DNA of 64,000 nt from Candidatus Pacebacteria bacterium CG2_30_36_39 (GCA_001873435.1 MNZB01000003.1:206031-270030), one strand, 5' to 3'. Shown: positions 9,006-19,322, counted from the stretch's first letter. Notes: generated by a model not told the origin, from the sequence alone. Numbers and translations are program-made.

Positions 9006-10424
9006 ATGCAGAAAATGCTCAAAAGAACCAAGATTGTAGCTACTATTGGTCCAGCCACAGAAACAGAAGAAGTTATTGGTCAATTGATTGATGCTGGTAT
9101 GAACGTAGCTCGTTTTAATACCAAACACGGTACTCCAGAATGGCATCGTGAGCGGGTTCAAAGAGTTCGTAAAGTTGCTGCTGAAAAAGGTTTGCCAGTA
9201 GCAGTATTACTTGATTTACAGGGTCCAGAAATTCGCGTAGATTTACGCGATGGTCAAGCTTTTTCAGTTCGTGATGGTGAAGAGGTATTTTTTACTTTTA
9301 ACAAGCAATCAACTGAAGAAAAAGTAATTTTTATTCCTGAAAACGTAGTAGATACTTTGCAAATTGGCAACTTTGTTCTTTTGGATGATGGTGCTTGTGA
9401 ATTTGAAATAGTAAAAAAAGAAGATGATTTTTTAATGGCAAAAGCTCTAGGTGATTTTGAAGTAAAAACTAGAAAAACTATGAATACTCCTGGTATTGTT
9501 ATTGATATGCCCTCATTGATCGATCCAGATCGTGTACAACTTGATGGGGCTGTAGAGACTGGAGTTGATTTTGTTGGTCTATCATTTGTAAGGGACAAAG
9601 AAGATATTAAAATTTTACGCGATGAGCTAGACAAGCGTGGTCTTAAGGACACCAGTATTGTTGCCAAAATTGAGAATCAATCAGCCTTGGACAATCTTGA
9701 TGAAATCATCAATGCCAGTGATGCTGTTATGGTGGCTCGTGGCGATTTGGCTGTAGAAGTACCTTTTGAGCAATTGGCTTTTTGGCAAAAACTCATTATT
9801 ACCAAATGTCGTTTGGCTGGTAAACCAGTAATTACTGCCACTCAAATGTTGAAATCAATGGTTGAGAGCCCACGTCCCACTCGTGCTGAAGTAAGTGATG
9901 TTGCCAACGCTGTTTACGATAGTACAGATGCAGTCATGCTTTCTGAAGAAACAACTATTGGTAAGTTTCCAGTTAAAGCAGTTGAGACTCAAGCAAAAAT
10001 TGCAGCTTTCAATGAAGAATATGAAACATCATATTTGGATGAATGGGAAGATGAAACTGATCCAAGTTTAGTTGCTCACGCAGCAGTTTATTTAATGCAA
10101 AATGAGGAGAATTCTATTGATAGTGTTGTGTGTTTGACTGAGACTGGTAATACTGTTAACTTATTAACTCGCTTTAGACCAAAAGTAGATGTTCATGCTT
10201 TGACTAGTAATGAACTTACTTATCGTAAATTAGCTCTTAATTATGGTGTAATTCCTCATATTGTGGAGTTTGCTGGCGGCAAGATTGAAGAGCCAAATGC
10301 TATGGTAGAAATTCTAAAAGAAAAAGGAATTGTAAAATCCGGAGAAACTGTTTTGGTGATTTATGGCACTATTTGGAAGACACCAGGATTAACCAATAGC
10401 TTGTCAATTGTTCATGTTAAATGA
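9006..10424 (+). CDS. pyk: Pyruvate kinase
   Basis: TKIVATIGP, DLQGPEIR, MVARGDL, TATQMLKSM, PTRAEVSDVANA. Confidence 0.97.
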   Translation: MQKMLKRTKIVATIGPATETEEVIGQLIDAGMNVARFNTKHGTPEWHRERVQRVRKVAAEKGLPVAVLLDLQGPEIRVDLRDGQAFSVRDGEEVFFTFNKQSTEEKVIFIPENVVDTLQIGNFVLLDDGACEFEIVKKEDDFLMAKALGDFEVKTRKTMNTPGIVIDMPSLIDPDRVQLDGAVETGVDFVGLSFVRDKEDIKILRDELDKRGLKDTSIVAKIENQSALDNLDEIINASDAVMVARGDLAVEVPFEQLAFWQKLIITKCRLAGKPVITATQMLKSMVESPRPTRAEVSDVANAVYDSTDAVMLSEETTIGKFPVKAVETQAKIAAFNEEYETSYLDEWEDETDPSLVAHAAVYLMQNEENSIDSVVCLTETGNTVNLLTRFRPKVDVHALTSNELTYRKLALNYGVIPHIVEFAGGKIEEPNAMVEILKEKGIVKSGETVLVIYGTIWKTPGLTNSLSIVHVK

Positions 10425-10493
10425 TCTCTTGACAACCACATTCTTTTTACTAGAGAATGAATACATCACAAAGTAGACATGAGGGATGTACTT

Positions 10494-10727
10494 ATGGCAA
10501 AAAGAAAAGGTGGCTTGCTTGCTTTAATTGCTGGTTTAGCAGTTGGCGCAACAGCTTTATTTCTTTCTAAAAAAGAGAACAGAGCAAAAGTAGTTAAGAC
10601 TGCAAAAAGAGCAGCTTCAGTTGCTAAAAAAGAAGGCAAAAAAGTTGCAGTTACTGCTAAGAAGGTAGTAGCTAAGGGAAAAGCAGCAGCTAAAAAAGTT
10701 AGCAAGAAAGTTGCTAAGAAAAAGTAA
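10494..10727 (+). CDS. Small membrane-anchored Lys/Ala-rich protein (YtxH-like N-terminus, histone-H1-like tail)
   Basis: GAGGGA SD before ATG 10494; GLLALIAGLAVGATALFL TM segment, then K/A/V repeats. Confidence 0.75.
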   Translation: MAKRKGGLLALIAGLAVGATALFLSKKENRAKVVKTAKRAASVAKKEGKKVAVTAKKVVAKGKAAAKKVSKKVAKKK

Positions 10728-10741
10728 TTTTTTTTGAAAAT

Positions 10742-10772
10742 AAAAAGCCCCATTTAATATGGGGCTTTTTTT
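10742..10772. terminator. Bidirectional intrinsic terminator
   Basis: AAAAAGCCCCAT-TTAAT-ATGGGGCTTTTT between convergent genes. Confidence 0.8.
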
Positions 10773-11214
10773 ATTTAACTATATTTTGTAATTTTGCCAG
10801 CCACTGTTGTAATGCCTCCAAATTACTTTCCATTTGTGGAAAGCCATCTATTTTTAAACTGTCCATAATTTTTTCAGCATTTTTACTTAACCAAAATTCT
10901 TCAATTTTATCGACAGCAAAACAAAAGTGTTCATAACTACTATCACCACAGCCAAAGGCTATGAATTTTTTGCCAGTAAAATCCATATTTTGTACTTCTT
11001 GGAAAAAAGCATCAAAATCATATTGAAGCAAACCATCATCCCAAGTTGATGAACCCAAGATTAATAGATCATAATTTTGAATTTCATTTGGAGAAAATTC
11101 ATTGGCATTAATTAGGTCATGTGTAACGCCAGATTGAGTTAGAAACTCAGAAATTTGCTCAGCTACATATTGGGTGTTGCCGGTTAAAGAACCGTATAAA
11201 AGAAGAGTTTTCAT
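10771..11214 (-). CDS. Flavodoxin (short-chain)
   Basis: YGSLTGNT FMN loop, GSSTWDDG, FGCGDSSYEHFC. Confidence 0.93.
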   Translation of the reverse strand: MKTLLLYGSLTGNTQYVAEQISEFLTQSGVTHDLINANEFSPNEIQNYDLLILGSSTWDDGLLQYDFDAFFQEVQNMDFTGKKFIAFGCGDSSYEHFCFAVDKIEEFWLSKNAEKIMDSLKIDGFPQMESNLEALQQWLAKLQNIVK

Positions 11215-11280
11215 AGCAAAATTGTATCATTTTTATCTAATTCTATTGACCTAAGTCTACTCTAACCCTACAATTGCCCC

Positions 11281-12987
11281 ATGATGAAGTGGAACTGGAA
11301 AATCGCTGGTCAGGCTGGCGAAGGTGTAATGGTTGTTTCAAGAATGGTGGCTCAATTGGCTAAAAGGCATGGTCTTTATGCTTTTAACTATCTTGAATAT
11401 CCATCACTAATTAAGGGTGGTCATCAAACTGGACAAGTTTTATTTTCTGATAAACCAGTTTTTTCTCAACAAAGAGAACTAGATGTTTTAATTGCTTTTG
11501 GTAAAGCTGCTTTCAAAGAGCATGTCAAAGAAATTACTAAAAAAACTATTGTAATTTACAATCAAAATGCTGGTGATTTAACCGCAGAAGATACAAATGA
11601 TTGTCAGGGAAAAATTATTAATTTACCATTGAATGAATTTGCACGTAGAGCAACCAAAACAAAATTAGCAACTAATACAGTTGCCTTTGGTATTACTACT
11701 GCTATTTTTGGTTTTGATAAAAAAGTTTCACTATCTTTGGTAAGCGAAGCATTTGTTGGTAAGGGAGAAGAAGTAATTAAAACTAACCATGCAGCTTTTA
11801 TGTTGGGTTACGAGGCAATTTTAGCTGAGCTCTCTCCTCTTCATGAATTTAAAGTTGCAACTGATAATCAAGTTATTACTACTGGTAACGAAGCAGTTGG
11901 ACTTGGGGCATTGGCTGGTGGTGTTCAGTTCTATAGCGCTTATCCTATGACTCCAGCTTCGGCTGCAATGCATTTCTTGGCTGATCAACAAAAAAATTAT
12001 CCTTTAATTGTTAAACATGTAGAAGATGAAATAGCAGCTATTAACCAAGCTATTGGTGCCTCCTATGCTGGAGTAAGATCTATGACTGGGTCTTCTGGCG
12101 GCGGTTTTGCTTTAATGGTTGAGGGTTTGTCTTTGGCTGGTATTACGGAAACCCCACTGGTTATTCTTTATGGTCAGAGACCAGGTCCAGCTACCGGTTT
12201 ACCAACTTGGACTTCGCAAGCTGATCTACAATTTATTCTTAGAGCAGGTCATGGAGAGTTTCAAAGAGTGGTTTTGACGCCAGGCACTATTGCCGAACAC
12301 TATGAATTAACTAAACTGGCCTTTGATCTCGCTGAGAAGTACCATATTCCGGTTTTTATTGTGAGTGATAAGTATGCCCTTGAATCACACCAAACTTGGC
12401 AACAACCACCCACAGAAGTCGAAGTGAAAAAGCTTAGTTATATGGCAGATAAAGATTTGTCTGCAGATGATAGTTACTTAAGATATTCGCTAGAAGCAGA
12501 AGATGGTATTTCTCCTCGCTCAGTTCCTGGTCAACCACATGGTTTGTATATTAGTAATTCTTATGAACATGATCCTTCTGGTTATGCAACAGAAGATGCT
12601 GATATGACTCGTCAGCAAACCGAGAAAAGAGCTGAAAAATATAATGGTTTGATTAAAGAAATTCCCCAGCCAGAACTAATTGGTCCCAAGGATGCTCCCA
12701 CTACTTTTGTATGTTGGGGTTCAACTGTTAATGTTTTGAAAGATTTGGTTGCTATGACTGATAAAGTAAATGTAATTCATTTGCCTTGTGTCTGGCCATT
12801 TCCTTCTAATGCCTTTATTGAATTAGCAGCAAAAGCTCAAAGATTAGTGATGGTTGAGGGTAACCATACCGGACAAGGAGAACAGTTAATTCGTCAAGAA
12901 ACTGGTATTACTTTTAAAGAAAATTTGCGTCGTTTTGATGGTCGTCCTTTTTATGCAGAAGATATTTTGAATTGGTTGGAGCAATAA
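11281..12987 (+). CDS. korA: 2-oxoacid:ferredoxin oxidoreductase alpha subunit (gamma-alpha fusion)
   Basis: AGQAGEG, YPSLIKGG, YPMTPAS, EDEIAA, QRPGPATGLPT. Upstream TTGACC-17-TACAAT ends 6 nt before the ATG. Confidence 0.92.
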   Translation: MMKWNWKIAGQAGEGVMVVSRMVAQLAKRHGLYAFNYLEYPSLIKGGHQTGQVLFSDKPVFSQQRELDVLIAFGKAAFKEHVKEITKKTIVIYNQNAGDLTAEDTNDCQGKIINLPLNEFARRATKTKLATNTVAFGITTAIFGFDKKVSLSLVSEAFVGKGEEVIKTNHAAFMLGYEAILAELSPLHEFKVATDNQVITTGNEAVGLGALAGGVQFYSAYPMTPASAAMHFLADQQKNYPLIVKHVEDEIAAINQAIGASYAGVRSMTGSSGGGFALMVEGLSLAGITETPLVILYGQRPGPATGLPTWTSQADLQFILRAGHGEFQRVVLTPGTIAEHYELTKLAFDLAEKYHIPVFIVSDKYALESHQTWQQPPTEVEVKKLSYMADKDLSADDSYLRYSLEAEDGISPRSVPGQPHGLYISNSYEHDPSGYATEDADMTRQQTEKRAEKYNGLIKEIPQPELIGPKDAPTTFVCWGSTVNVLKDLVAMTDKVNVIHLPCVWPFPSNAFIELAAKAQRLVMVEGNHTGQGEQLIRQETGITFKENLRRFDGRPFYAEDILNWLEQ

Positions 12988-12989
12988 AT

Positions 12990-13853
12990 ATGTCAAATAT
13001 AACGCAACAAAGTATTCAATCACCTATTACTCCAACTTGGTGTCCTGGTTGCGGTAATTTTGGGATTTTAGGAGCTATTAAACAAGCCTTTGTGCAAATG
13101 GCTATGCCAGAAGAAAATTTGGTGGTAGTTTATGGTGTAGGTTGTAGTGGTAATATGGCGGATTTTAATCGGGTTTATGGTTTTCATTCACTTCATGGTC
13201 GAGCTATTTCAAATGCTATGGGTATTAAGATGGCAAATCATAAGCTTAAGGTGATTGTAGTTGCTGGCGAAGGAGATACTTATGGTGAGGGTCTCAATCA
13301 TTTGATTTCTGCTGCTCGTGGTAATCATGACATTACTGTTTTGGTTCATAATAACCAGACTTACAGTTTAACTACTGGCCAAAGTTCTCCTACTACTTTT
13401 AAGGGGACTGCAACCAAATCAACTCCAGACGGTCTAATCGAAGAACCAATGAATCCTTTGACTATGGCTTTGGCTGCTCATGCTGGTTATGTTGCTAGAG
13501 CCTATGCTGGTAATATGGCTCAACTGATTAACTTGGTTAAAGCGGCTTTAAATCATGAGGGTTTTGCTTTGGTTGATGTCTTACAGCCTTGTCCAACTTT
13601 TAATAAGGTAAATACTTATCAATGGTTTCAACAAAAAGTTTATGATTTGGATAAAGAAGGTTATCAACCATACGACCAGAGATTGGCTTGGGAAAAAGCT
13701 ATGGAGACTGAAAAGATTCCTGTTGGTTTGTTTTATCATGATCCTAGTTTATTGGCTTATCATAAACATTTAAGTCAGTTGGAGAAACAATCTTTACTTG
13801 AACAAAGAGCGGAAAAAATTTCTCTTGAAAAACCTTTTCAAGCGTTTGTTTAA
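12990..13853 (+). CDS. korB: 2-oxoacid:ferredoxin oxidoreductase beta subunit
   Basis: WCPGCGN, GVGCS, LHGR, TPP-binding GEGD...HNN, QPCPTFN. Start taken as ATG 12990. Confidence 0.92.
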   Translation: MSNITQQSIQSPITPTWCPGCGNFGILGAIKQAFVQMAMPEENLVVVYGVGCSGNMADFNRVYGFHSLHGRAISNAMGIKMANHKLKVIVVAGEGDTYGEGLNHLISAARGNHDITVLVHNNQTYSLTTGQSSPTTFKGTATKSTPDGLIEEPMNPLTMALAAHAGYVARAYAGNMAQLINLVKAALNHEGFALVDVLQPCPTFNKVNTYQWFQQKVYDLDKEGYQPYDQRLAWEKAMETEKIPVGLFYHDPSLLAYHKHLSQLEKQSLLEQRAEKISLEKPFQAFV

Positions 13854-13870
13854 AAAAAGTTCAAATACTA

Positions 13871-13896
13871 AATAAGCCAGCTTTCGCTGGCTTATT
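13871..13896. terminator. Bidirectional terminator hairpin
   Basis: AATAAGCCAGC-TTTC-GCTGGCTTATT. Confidence 0.75.
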
Positions 13897-13918
13897 CTAT
13901 TTTTTAAGCTTTTTGTAA

Positions 13919-14629
13919 TTATTCGGCTTTGATAGTTATTGATTGAACAGTTATTGGTTCAACTGGGCTAGATTTTTCTCCACCCAAACTTGTTTTTACT
14001 GGTGCAGTAGCAATTTTATCTACTGTTTCAATACCGCTAATGACTTTGCCAAAAATGACATAGTTCTGTGGTAATGGATAGTCTTGATGCATGATAAAAA
14101 ATTGGCTGCCATTGGTGTTTGGTCCAGCATTGGCCATAGCGATGGTACCGCGAGTGTATTCACCAGAGAACTTTTCATCGGCAAAGCGATATCCTGGTCC
14201 ACCCATGCCAGTTCCTTCTGGGTCACCTCCTTGGATCATAAAACCTTTGATAGTGCGGTGAAAAATTGTGTTGTCATAAAATTTTTCATTAGCTAAGAAC
14301 ACAAAGTTGTTGACAGTGTTAGGTACTTGGTCTGCATATAATTCAACTACGATTTCACCGGCTGAAGTAGTAAAAGTGGCCTGATATTTTTTATTTGCAT
14401 CAATGGCCATTGTTGGAGCAGAATCATATTGTTTTTTCATGTTTTCCTTTTTATTAATATTAATTGCTAAAGTTGGAACTGCGGTTGGTTTTGGTGTAAC
14501 TACTGGAACTTGGGTGTTCTGGTTGAGATAGGCCTCATTTTTTAATGAGTTGTTTTTGTTCATTAATAAAGCGAATCCACCTAAAGTTACAAAGATAGCA
14601 ATGATGATTATAATTGTTTCTTTTTTCAT
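13919..14629 (-). CDS. Membrane-anchored cyclophilin-type peptidyl-prolyl isomerase
   Basis: FHRTIKGFMIQGGDP, AMANAGPNTNGSQFFI; N-terminal TM helix. Confidence 0.95.
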   Translation of the reverse strand: MKKETIIIIIAIFVTLGGFALLMNKNNSLKNEAYLNQNTQVPVVTPKPTAVPTLAININKKENMKKQYDSAPTMAIDANKKYQATFTTSAGEIVVELYADQVPNTVNNFVFLANEKFYDNTIFHRTIKGFMIQGGDPEGTGMGGPGYRFADEKFSGEYTRGTIAMANAGPNTNGSQFFIMHQDYPLPQNYVIFGKVISGIETVDKIATAPVKTSLGGEKSSPVEPITVQSITIKAE

Positions 14630-14728
14630 AAGAATGCTGGAATGGTATCACCGTAGGTAGTCAAATTACAAGGTTGTTTTTCTGTTGTCGGGTGAATGAT
14701 TTTTACTGGTTTTACGACTCTTAGATAT

Positions 14729-14950
14729 ATGGATATTGTGAGGCATTGGCGCTTAAGAAAACAGAGATATAGCTTGGAGGGAATTGATAAGGTTGATCAA
14801 GCCAATGGTGTTGGTTTGGCTCACATGAGTTCTTCATTGGAAACCATAGCTCAGGTGAAAAAGAATTTTAATGCATTGAAGCAAATACAAGAACAGCAAG
14901 ACCTTGAGGACCTTGCTGTTCTTAGAAAAGCATTTGAAAATATTAAATAA
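14729..14950 (+). CDS. Small hypothetical protein with a DUF35-like N-terminal motif but no Zn ribbon
   Basis: MDIVRHWRLRKQRYSLEG resembles the RxWRxxxxRYxLxG opening of DUF35-type proteins (from recall); no cysteines follow. Confidence 0.5.
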   Translation: MDIVRHWRLRKQRYSLEGIDKVDQANGVGLAHMSSSLETIAQVKKNFNALKQIQEQQDLEDLAVLRKAFENIK

Positions 14951-16199
14951 AGGTTAGAGCGATGCCTGTTTTATTGGCTCTACCTGTACGACCAATGCGA
15001 TGGATGTAGTCTTCGTAAGATCCTGGTAGGTCATAGTTAATAACGTGAGTTACATCATCAATATCAAGTCCACGAGCTACAACGTCAGTTGCAATTAAGG
15101 CTTGTAGCTGATTTGCTTTAAATTGTTTTAAAGCTTTTTGTCTTTGGCTTTGAGTTTTATTGCCATGAATGGCATTGACTTTAAAGCCATTATCTTGAAG
15201 TTGTCTAGATAAGGTTTCAGCCCCTCTTTTGGTACGACCAAAGACTAGGACTTTTTCAAAGTTTTCTGAAACTAATAGTTCTTTAAGAACTTCAATTTTT
15301 GGTCTACCTTGAACTTTAATAATTTTTTGTTCAATGTTCTCTGAAGATTGCTGAGTTTTGATCGTAACAGAAACTGGATTGGTTAAAAAACCTCCCATGA
15401 TTTCTTCTACTTTAGTTGACATGGTGGCTGAGAAAAACAATGATTGTCTTTTTTCAGCTAAGCCATCGATAATCATTTTGACATCTTTGACAAATCCCAT
15501 ATCCAACATACGATCCACCTCATCTAAGATAATGTTGGTGAATTGATCAAAATTTAATTTTCTTCTTTGATTTAAATCTTTAATTCTTCCAGGAGTGCCA
15601 ATAACAAAGTGTTGTCCCATTCTCAATGAATCAACTTGTCTTTGAATTGAAGAACCGCCGATACAAACAGTGGAATAGATTCTTAAGCCAAAAGCAAAAG
15701 AAGCTAGTTCATCACGTACTTGAATAGCAAGTTCTCTGGTAGGAACAACGATTAAAACTTTTTCTTCAGAGTTATTAAGAACTTTATTAATCATAGGAAC
15801 TAAAAAGGCAGCAGTTTTTCCTGTACCAGTTTTAGCAACGCCAACTACGTCTCTACCAGCCAAGACATGAGGGATCACTTGATCCTGAATTGGGGTAGGA
15901 GTTAGATATTTTTTGTGAATAATGTTCTTTTTTAGTTCTTCAGCAATGTCAAAATCAATAAATTGATTTACTGGCACGAAGTTTTCTTGGGTTTGTTTTG
16001 GTTTTCTAACACCAGATTGCATGATTAGTGAGGTTGGGTCAAAGATGGTTTGTTTCATGCCACCCTTTTTACCACCACGACTTCTGCTACTGTAGTTACC
16101 ACCAAAGCTTCTGCCGCCTCCATTTTTGGAACGACGATCGTATCCCCCGCTATTGCGGTTGCCGAAACTAGAAGATGAGCGTTTGTTAAATTGACGCAT
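14943..16199 (-). CDS. DEAD-box RNA helicase
   Basis: TPIQ, AKTGTGKT, PTRELA, DEVD, SAT, ARGLD, HRIGRTGRA; G/R/S-rich N-terminus. Confidence 0.96.
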   Translation of the reverse strand: MRQFNKRSSSSFGNRNSGGYDRRSKNGGGRSFGGNYSSRSRGGKKGGMKQTIFDPTSLIMQSGVRKPKQTQENFVPVNQFIDFDIAEELKKNIIHKKYLTPTPIQDQVIPHVLAGRDVVGVAKTGTGKTAAFLVPMINKVLNNSEEKVLIVVPTRELAIQVRDELASFAFGLRIYSTVCIGGSSIQRQVDSLRMGQHFVIGTPGRIKDLNQRRKLNFDQFTNIILDEVDRMLDMGFVKDVKMIIDGLAEKRQSLFFSATMSTKVEEIMGGFLTNPVSVTIKTQQSSENIEQKIIKVQGRPKIEVLKELLVSENFEKVLVFGRTKRGAETLSRQLQDNGFKVNAIHGNKTQSQRQKALKQFKANQLQALIATDVVARGLDIDDVTHVINYDLPGSYEDYIHRIGRTGRANKTGIALTFI

Positions 16200-16377
16200 A
16201 ATATATTTCTTTCTTTAACTATTATTAGGTTAAAGACAAGAAACAAATGTAATTAAGGGAAAAAATTCTTCTTAAAGCCAATTGTGAGCTTAACCTGGTT
16301 GATTGCATTAAAGAACAATCAATGAACCGGAAGTTTAGCATTATTATTAACTAATGTCAAACTATAGGATAAATTAT

Positions 16378-16791
16378 TTATTTTACTTGATGTAATTTAG
16401 TAATATCTTTGCTAAGTTTTTCTAGACTGGCTCTAATTTCTTCGATTGAAACTACTATTTTATCTTCATCTTCATCGTCTTCAATGTAGTCATCCGAAAT
16501 TTCTTTTACATCGTCGGTAAGATCCTCAACGTTTTCTTGGATGTCGTCAATGTCTTTTTCTACTCCAGCTAGGCTTTCTCGGTTTTTATTAATGGTCATT
16601 TGAATAAAAATGGCAAGATAAATGGCCTCCAGGGAGACTGCGGTGGTTAAAATTAACAAGATGTCATCATTGCTAACTCCAATGAATCTAAGTGAGAAGA
16701 TACTGATAAATAAAATAGTATGAGTAACTATCGAGGCTGGGGTGCCTACCCAAACAGTGAGTTTTTCTGATAGTTTTTCTAGATTTTTCAT
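16378..16791 (-). CDS. DUF1003-like membrane protein
   Basis: VGTPAS...LTTAVSLEAIYLAIFIQM, then an acidic coiled coil. Start taken as MKNLEK. Confidence 0.7.
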   Translation of the reverse strand: MKNLEKLSEKLTVWVGTPASIVTHTILFISIFSLRFIGVSNDDILLILTTAVSLEAIYLAIFIQMTINKNRESLAGVEKDIDDIQENVEDLTDDVKEISDDYIEDDEDEDKIVVSIEEIRASLEKLSKDITKLHQVK

Positions 16792-16884
16792 TAGATCCTT
16801 TCCAATTGTTTCTAATAATAGAAACAATAAGCCTATGTTGGTCTTAATTTTTTTTCTTGTCAACCAAATGTTTGTTTTTGAAAA

Positions 16885-17142
16885 TTAATCTTCTTTTTCA
16901 GTTTCAATTCTTACAGTGCATTCAGTTAGTAGTACGAAGATGGCGGTGATAATAGTTATTGGTGGGAAGATTAAGGTTATAAATGTGGCGATAGTGACGG
17001 AGATGATAATTAGTGATTTTTCATCTTTGTCTTCAATTATTATTTTTCTAATATTTCCCTGATGGATTAGTTCTTTTATTTTTTTAAGTAGGTTTTCTCC
17101 ATTAACTTCGAAGGATTTTGTTTTTGTATTTTTTGTTGTCAT
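16885..17142 (-). CDS. DUF4342-like protein
   Basis: LLKKIKELIHQGNIRKIII followed by a hydrophobic C-terminus. Confidence 0.75.
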   Translation of the reverse strand: MTTKNTKTKSFEVNGENLLKKIKELIHQGNIRKIIIEDKDEKSLIIISVTIATFITLIFPPITIITAIFVLLTECTVRIETEKED

Positions 17143-17168
17143 CTCGTTATTATATAGCTTTTTGGTTA

Positions 17169-17939
17169 TTAATGTTTTTTTGTAAATGAGAGGATGTTGG
17201 TTGATAAATTGGTGATAAACATAAAAATTCGCTCTTTTAAAGTTGGTTTTGGCATGAATAAATCAAAAAGTACCATGGTATAGGCAACTGAAAGAATGGT
17301 CATAATCCACCAGAATCCAGCAACAAAGCCTGCTATTACATCTGAAAAATAATGTACTCCTAGATATATTCTGCTGAAACTAATTATTCCAACCATGGAG
17401 ATTGAGAATATTCCTACTAATGAAGTGAGTTTTTTGTTTTTTGATAAATGATAGGTTAGATAGGTTAAGAGAATATAAAAAATAAAGTTGTTCATTGCGT
17501 GAGCTGATGGAAAGCTATAGGTAGATTCGTATGCTAGGGCATTAAATTGTGGCCTAGGTCGATCAAACATTGTTTTTAATGTGGAGTTAATTACTACTCC
17601 CATGATCATGCTGATTAAAAATAAAGCTGTTTCTTTTCTATGCTTTTTGAGTAGTAGTAAAGAAATTATTAGAGTGGCTAGGCTTAAGATTACGGCACCA
17701 CCCAAATGAGTGAAGAAGAACATTGTTTGGGTTAAAAGGGGTGTTCTAATGGTGTTTACCCAACTAATAAATTGGTTGTCAAGGTTGACTAGGTTTTTGT
17801 TAGTAGCAAAGTCTGCCAGATCATTGAAAGAGACGATGGAGACGATGCTGAAAATTAATCCAACCATTATTTCCATGGAGATGATGAGAACTTTTTTTGA
17901 TTTGCTGAGAGCTTGAAAATAATAATGTCTTATTTTCAT
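17169..17939 (-). CDS. PAP2-family phosphatase (undecaprenyl-PP phosphatase-like)
   Basis: KxxxxRPRP, SFPSAH, SRIYLGVHYFSDV. Confidence 0.92.
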   Translation of the reverse strand: MKIRHYYFQALSKSKKVLIISMEIMVGLIFSIVSIVSFNDLADFATNKNLVNLDNQFISWVNTIRTPLLTQTMFFFTHLGGAVILSLATLIISLLLLKKHRKETALFLISMIMGVVINSTLKTMFDRPRPQFNALAYESTYSFPSAHAMNNFIFYILLTYLTYHLSKNKKLTSLVGIFSISMVGIISFSRIYLGVHYFSDVIAGFVAGFWWIMTILSVAYTMVLFDLFMPKPTLKERIFMFITNLSTNILSFTKKH

Positions 17940-17943
17940 AGAA

Positions 17944-18297
17944 TTAGATTAAATAGGGTAAGAAGATTATTAGTCCTGCAACGAGCGCTGCTATGGAAAC
18001 AATTAGAACTGCTCCAGCCGAGAGATCTTTTGGCAGTCCCATGGCTTTATAGGTTTCTGGGTTGGTTTTAGTGATGTTGTTGATTGTTTTTTCAATGGCT
18101 GTATTTAAGAGTTCGACTGAAATAACTAGTGATATTGCAAATGTAATGAGTAGCCATTCAGCTTTGGTGATGTGAAGAGCAGATCCCATTGTTATGGCAG
18201 CAATCGCAGCTAAAACATGAATTTTCATGTTTTTTTCAGATTTAAAGCCCTCAATGATTCCCATAATGGCATATTTAAATGAGTTAATTAATTTCAT
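17944..18297 (-). CDS. dgkA: Diacylglycerol/undecaprenol kinase
   Basis: SFKYAIMG, ELLNTAIE, KDLSAGAVL. Confidence 0.9.
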   Translation of the reverse strand: MKLINSFKYAIMGIIEGFKSEKNMKIHVLAAIAAITMGSALHITKAEWLLITFAISLVISVELLNTAIEKTINNITKTNPETYKAMGLPKDLSAGAVLIVSIAALVAGLIIFLPYLI

Positions 18298-18398
18298 ATG
18301 AATAGATCAAGTATACATTATTTATTTATGTTATTAATGTATGTTAACTTAAATTTATCTTTCTCAAGAACAAATTTTCAGTTATAATACTGCATCTA

Positions 18399-19322
18399 AT
18401 GTCTCCCAAAAACACCAACATAAGCGCTGAAAAAGTAGTTACAGTATCTTTTTTAGTTGATGTCAGCGATGTTTTAATAAATGTATTTTTAACTATTATT
18501 TCTGGTAGCGCTATTATGCTCTCCCAAGCCTTGCAAGGAGGAGCTGGTTTGTTAGCTTCTGGATTGCTAGTTGTTGGAGCAAACAAATCAAAAAGAGCTC
18601 CTGATAAAAAACATCCATTTGGCTATGGTAGGGAAATATATTTTTGGACTTTCATTTCAGCATTGGTCACTTTCACAATCACAGCTGGCATGTCATTTTT
18701 TTTGGGTTTACAAAGATTTTTAAATCCAGAGTCTGTTAAAAATGTTAATTACGTAATTATTGTTTTGCTAATCTCTATTTTTACTAATGGCTATGCAATG
18801 TCCTTAAGCTTTAGAAGATTGCTGGGTAAAAATGTTTATACAAAAATATTTGAAATATTTTTACACTCATCATTTATCACAACCAAAACAGCTTTTGTCT
18901 TAGATTTAATGGGCACGGTTGCCTCAATCATTGGTTTGATTTCAATCACAATTTATAAATTAACAGGCAACCAAAGATTTGATGGTGCTGGATCTATGGT
19001 GATTGGTGTCATCCTGGCTGTTTTAACAATTTATATTTTAAAGAGCGCCAAAGACCTTTTGGTTGGTCAAAGCGCCTCAGTAAAAATAGAAAATAGAATT
19101 AGAACTTCTGTTAAAGACCTTAAAGAAGTAAAAGAAATAATTATGCTCAGAACCCTACATATGGGAACTGGTACTTTATTGGTTGATATCGAGGTTAATT
19201 TAGAAAATAATTTAACAACAGATGAAATAGAACTTTTAGTTGATAAAATTCAACACAGCATTACCACTGATGTACCACAAGCAAAAGAAGTCAGAGTATC
19301 TTTGGAAACTCCAAGTAAATAA
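18399..19322 (+). CDS. Cation diffusion facilitator family transporter
   Basis: SGSAIMLS, PDKKHPFGYGREIYFW, C-terminal dimerisation domain. Confidence 0.88.
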   Translation: MSPKNTNISAEKVVTVSFLVDVSDVLINVFLTIISGSAIMLSQALQGGAGLLASGLLVVGANKSKRAPDKKHPFGYGREIYFWTFISALVTFTITAGMSFFLGLQRFLNPESVKNVNYVIIVLLISIFTNGYAMSLSFRRLLGKNVYTKIFEIFLHSSFITTKTAFVLDLMGTVASIIGLISITIYKLTGNQRFDGAGSMVIGVILAVLTIYILKSAKDLLVGQSASVKIENRIRTSVKDLKEVKEIIMLRTLHMGTGTLLVDIEVNLENNLTTDEIELLVDKIQHSITTDVPQAKEVRVSLETPSK

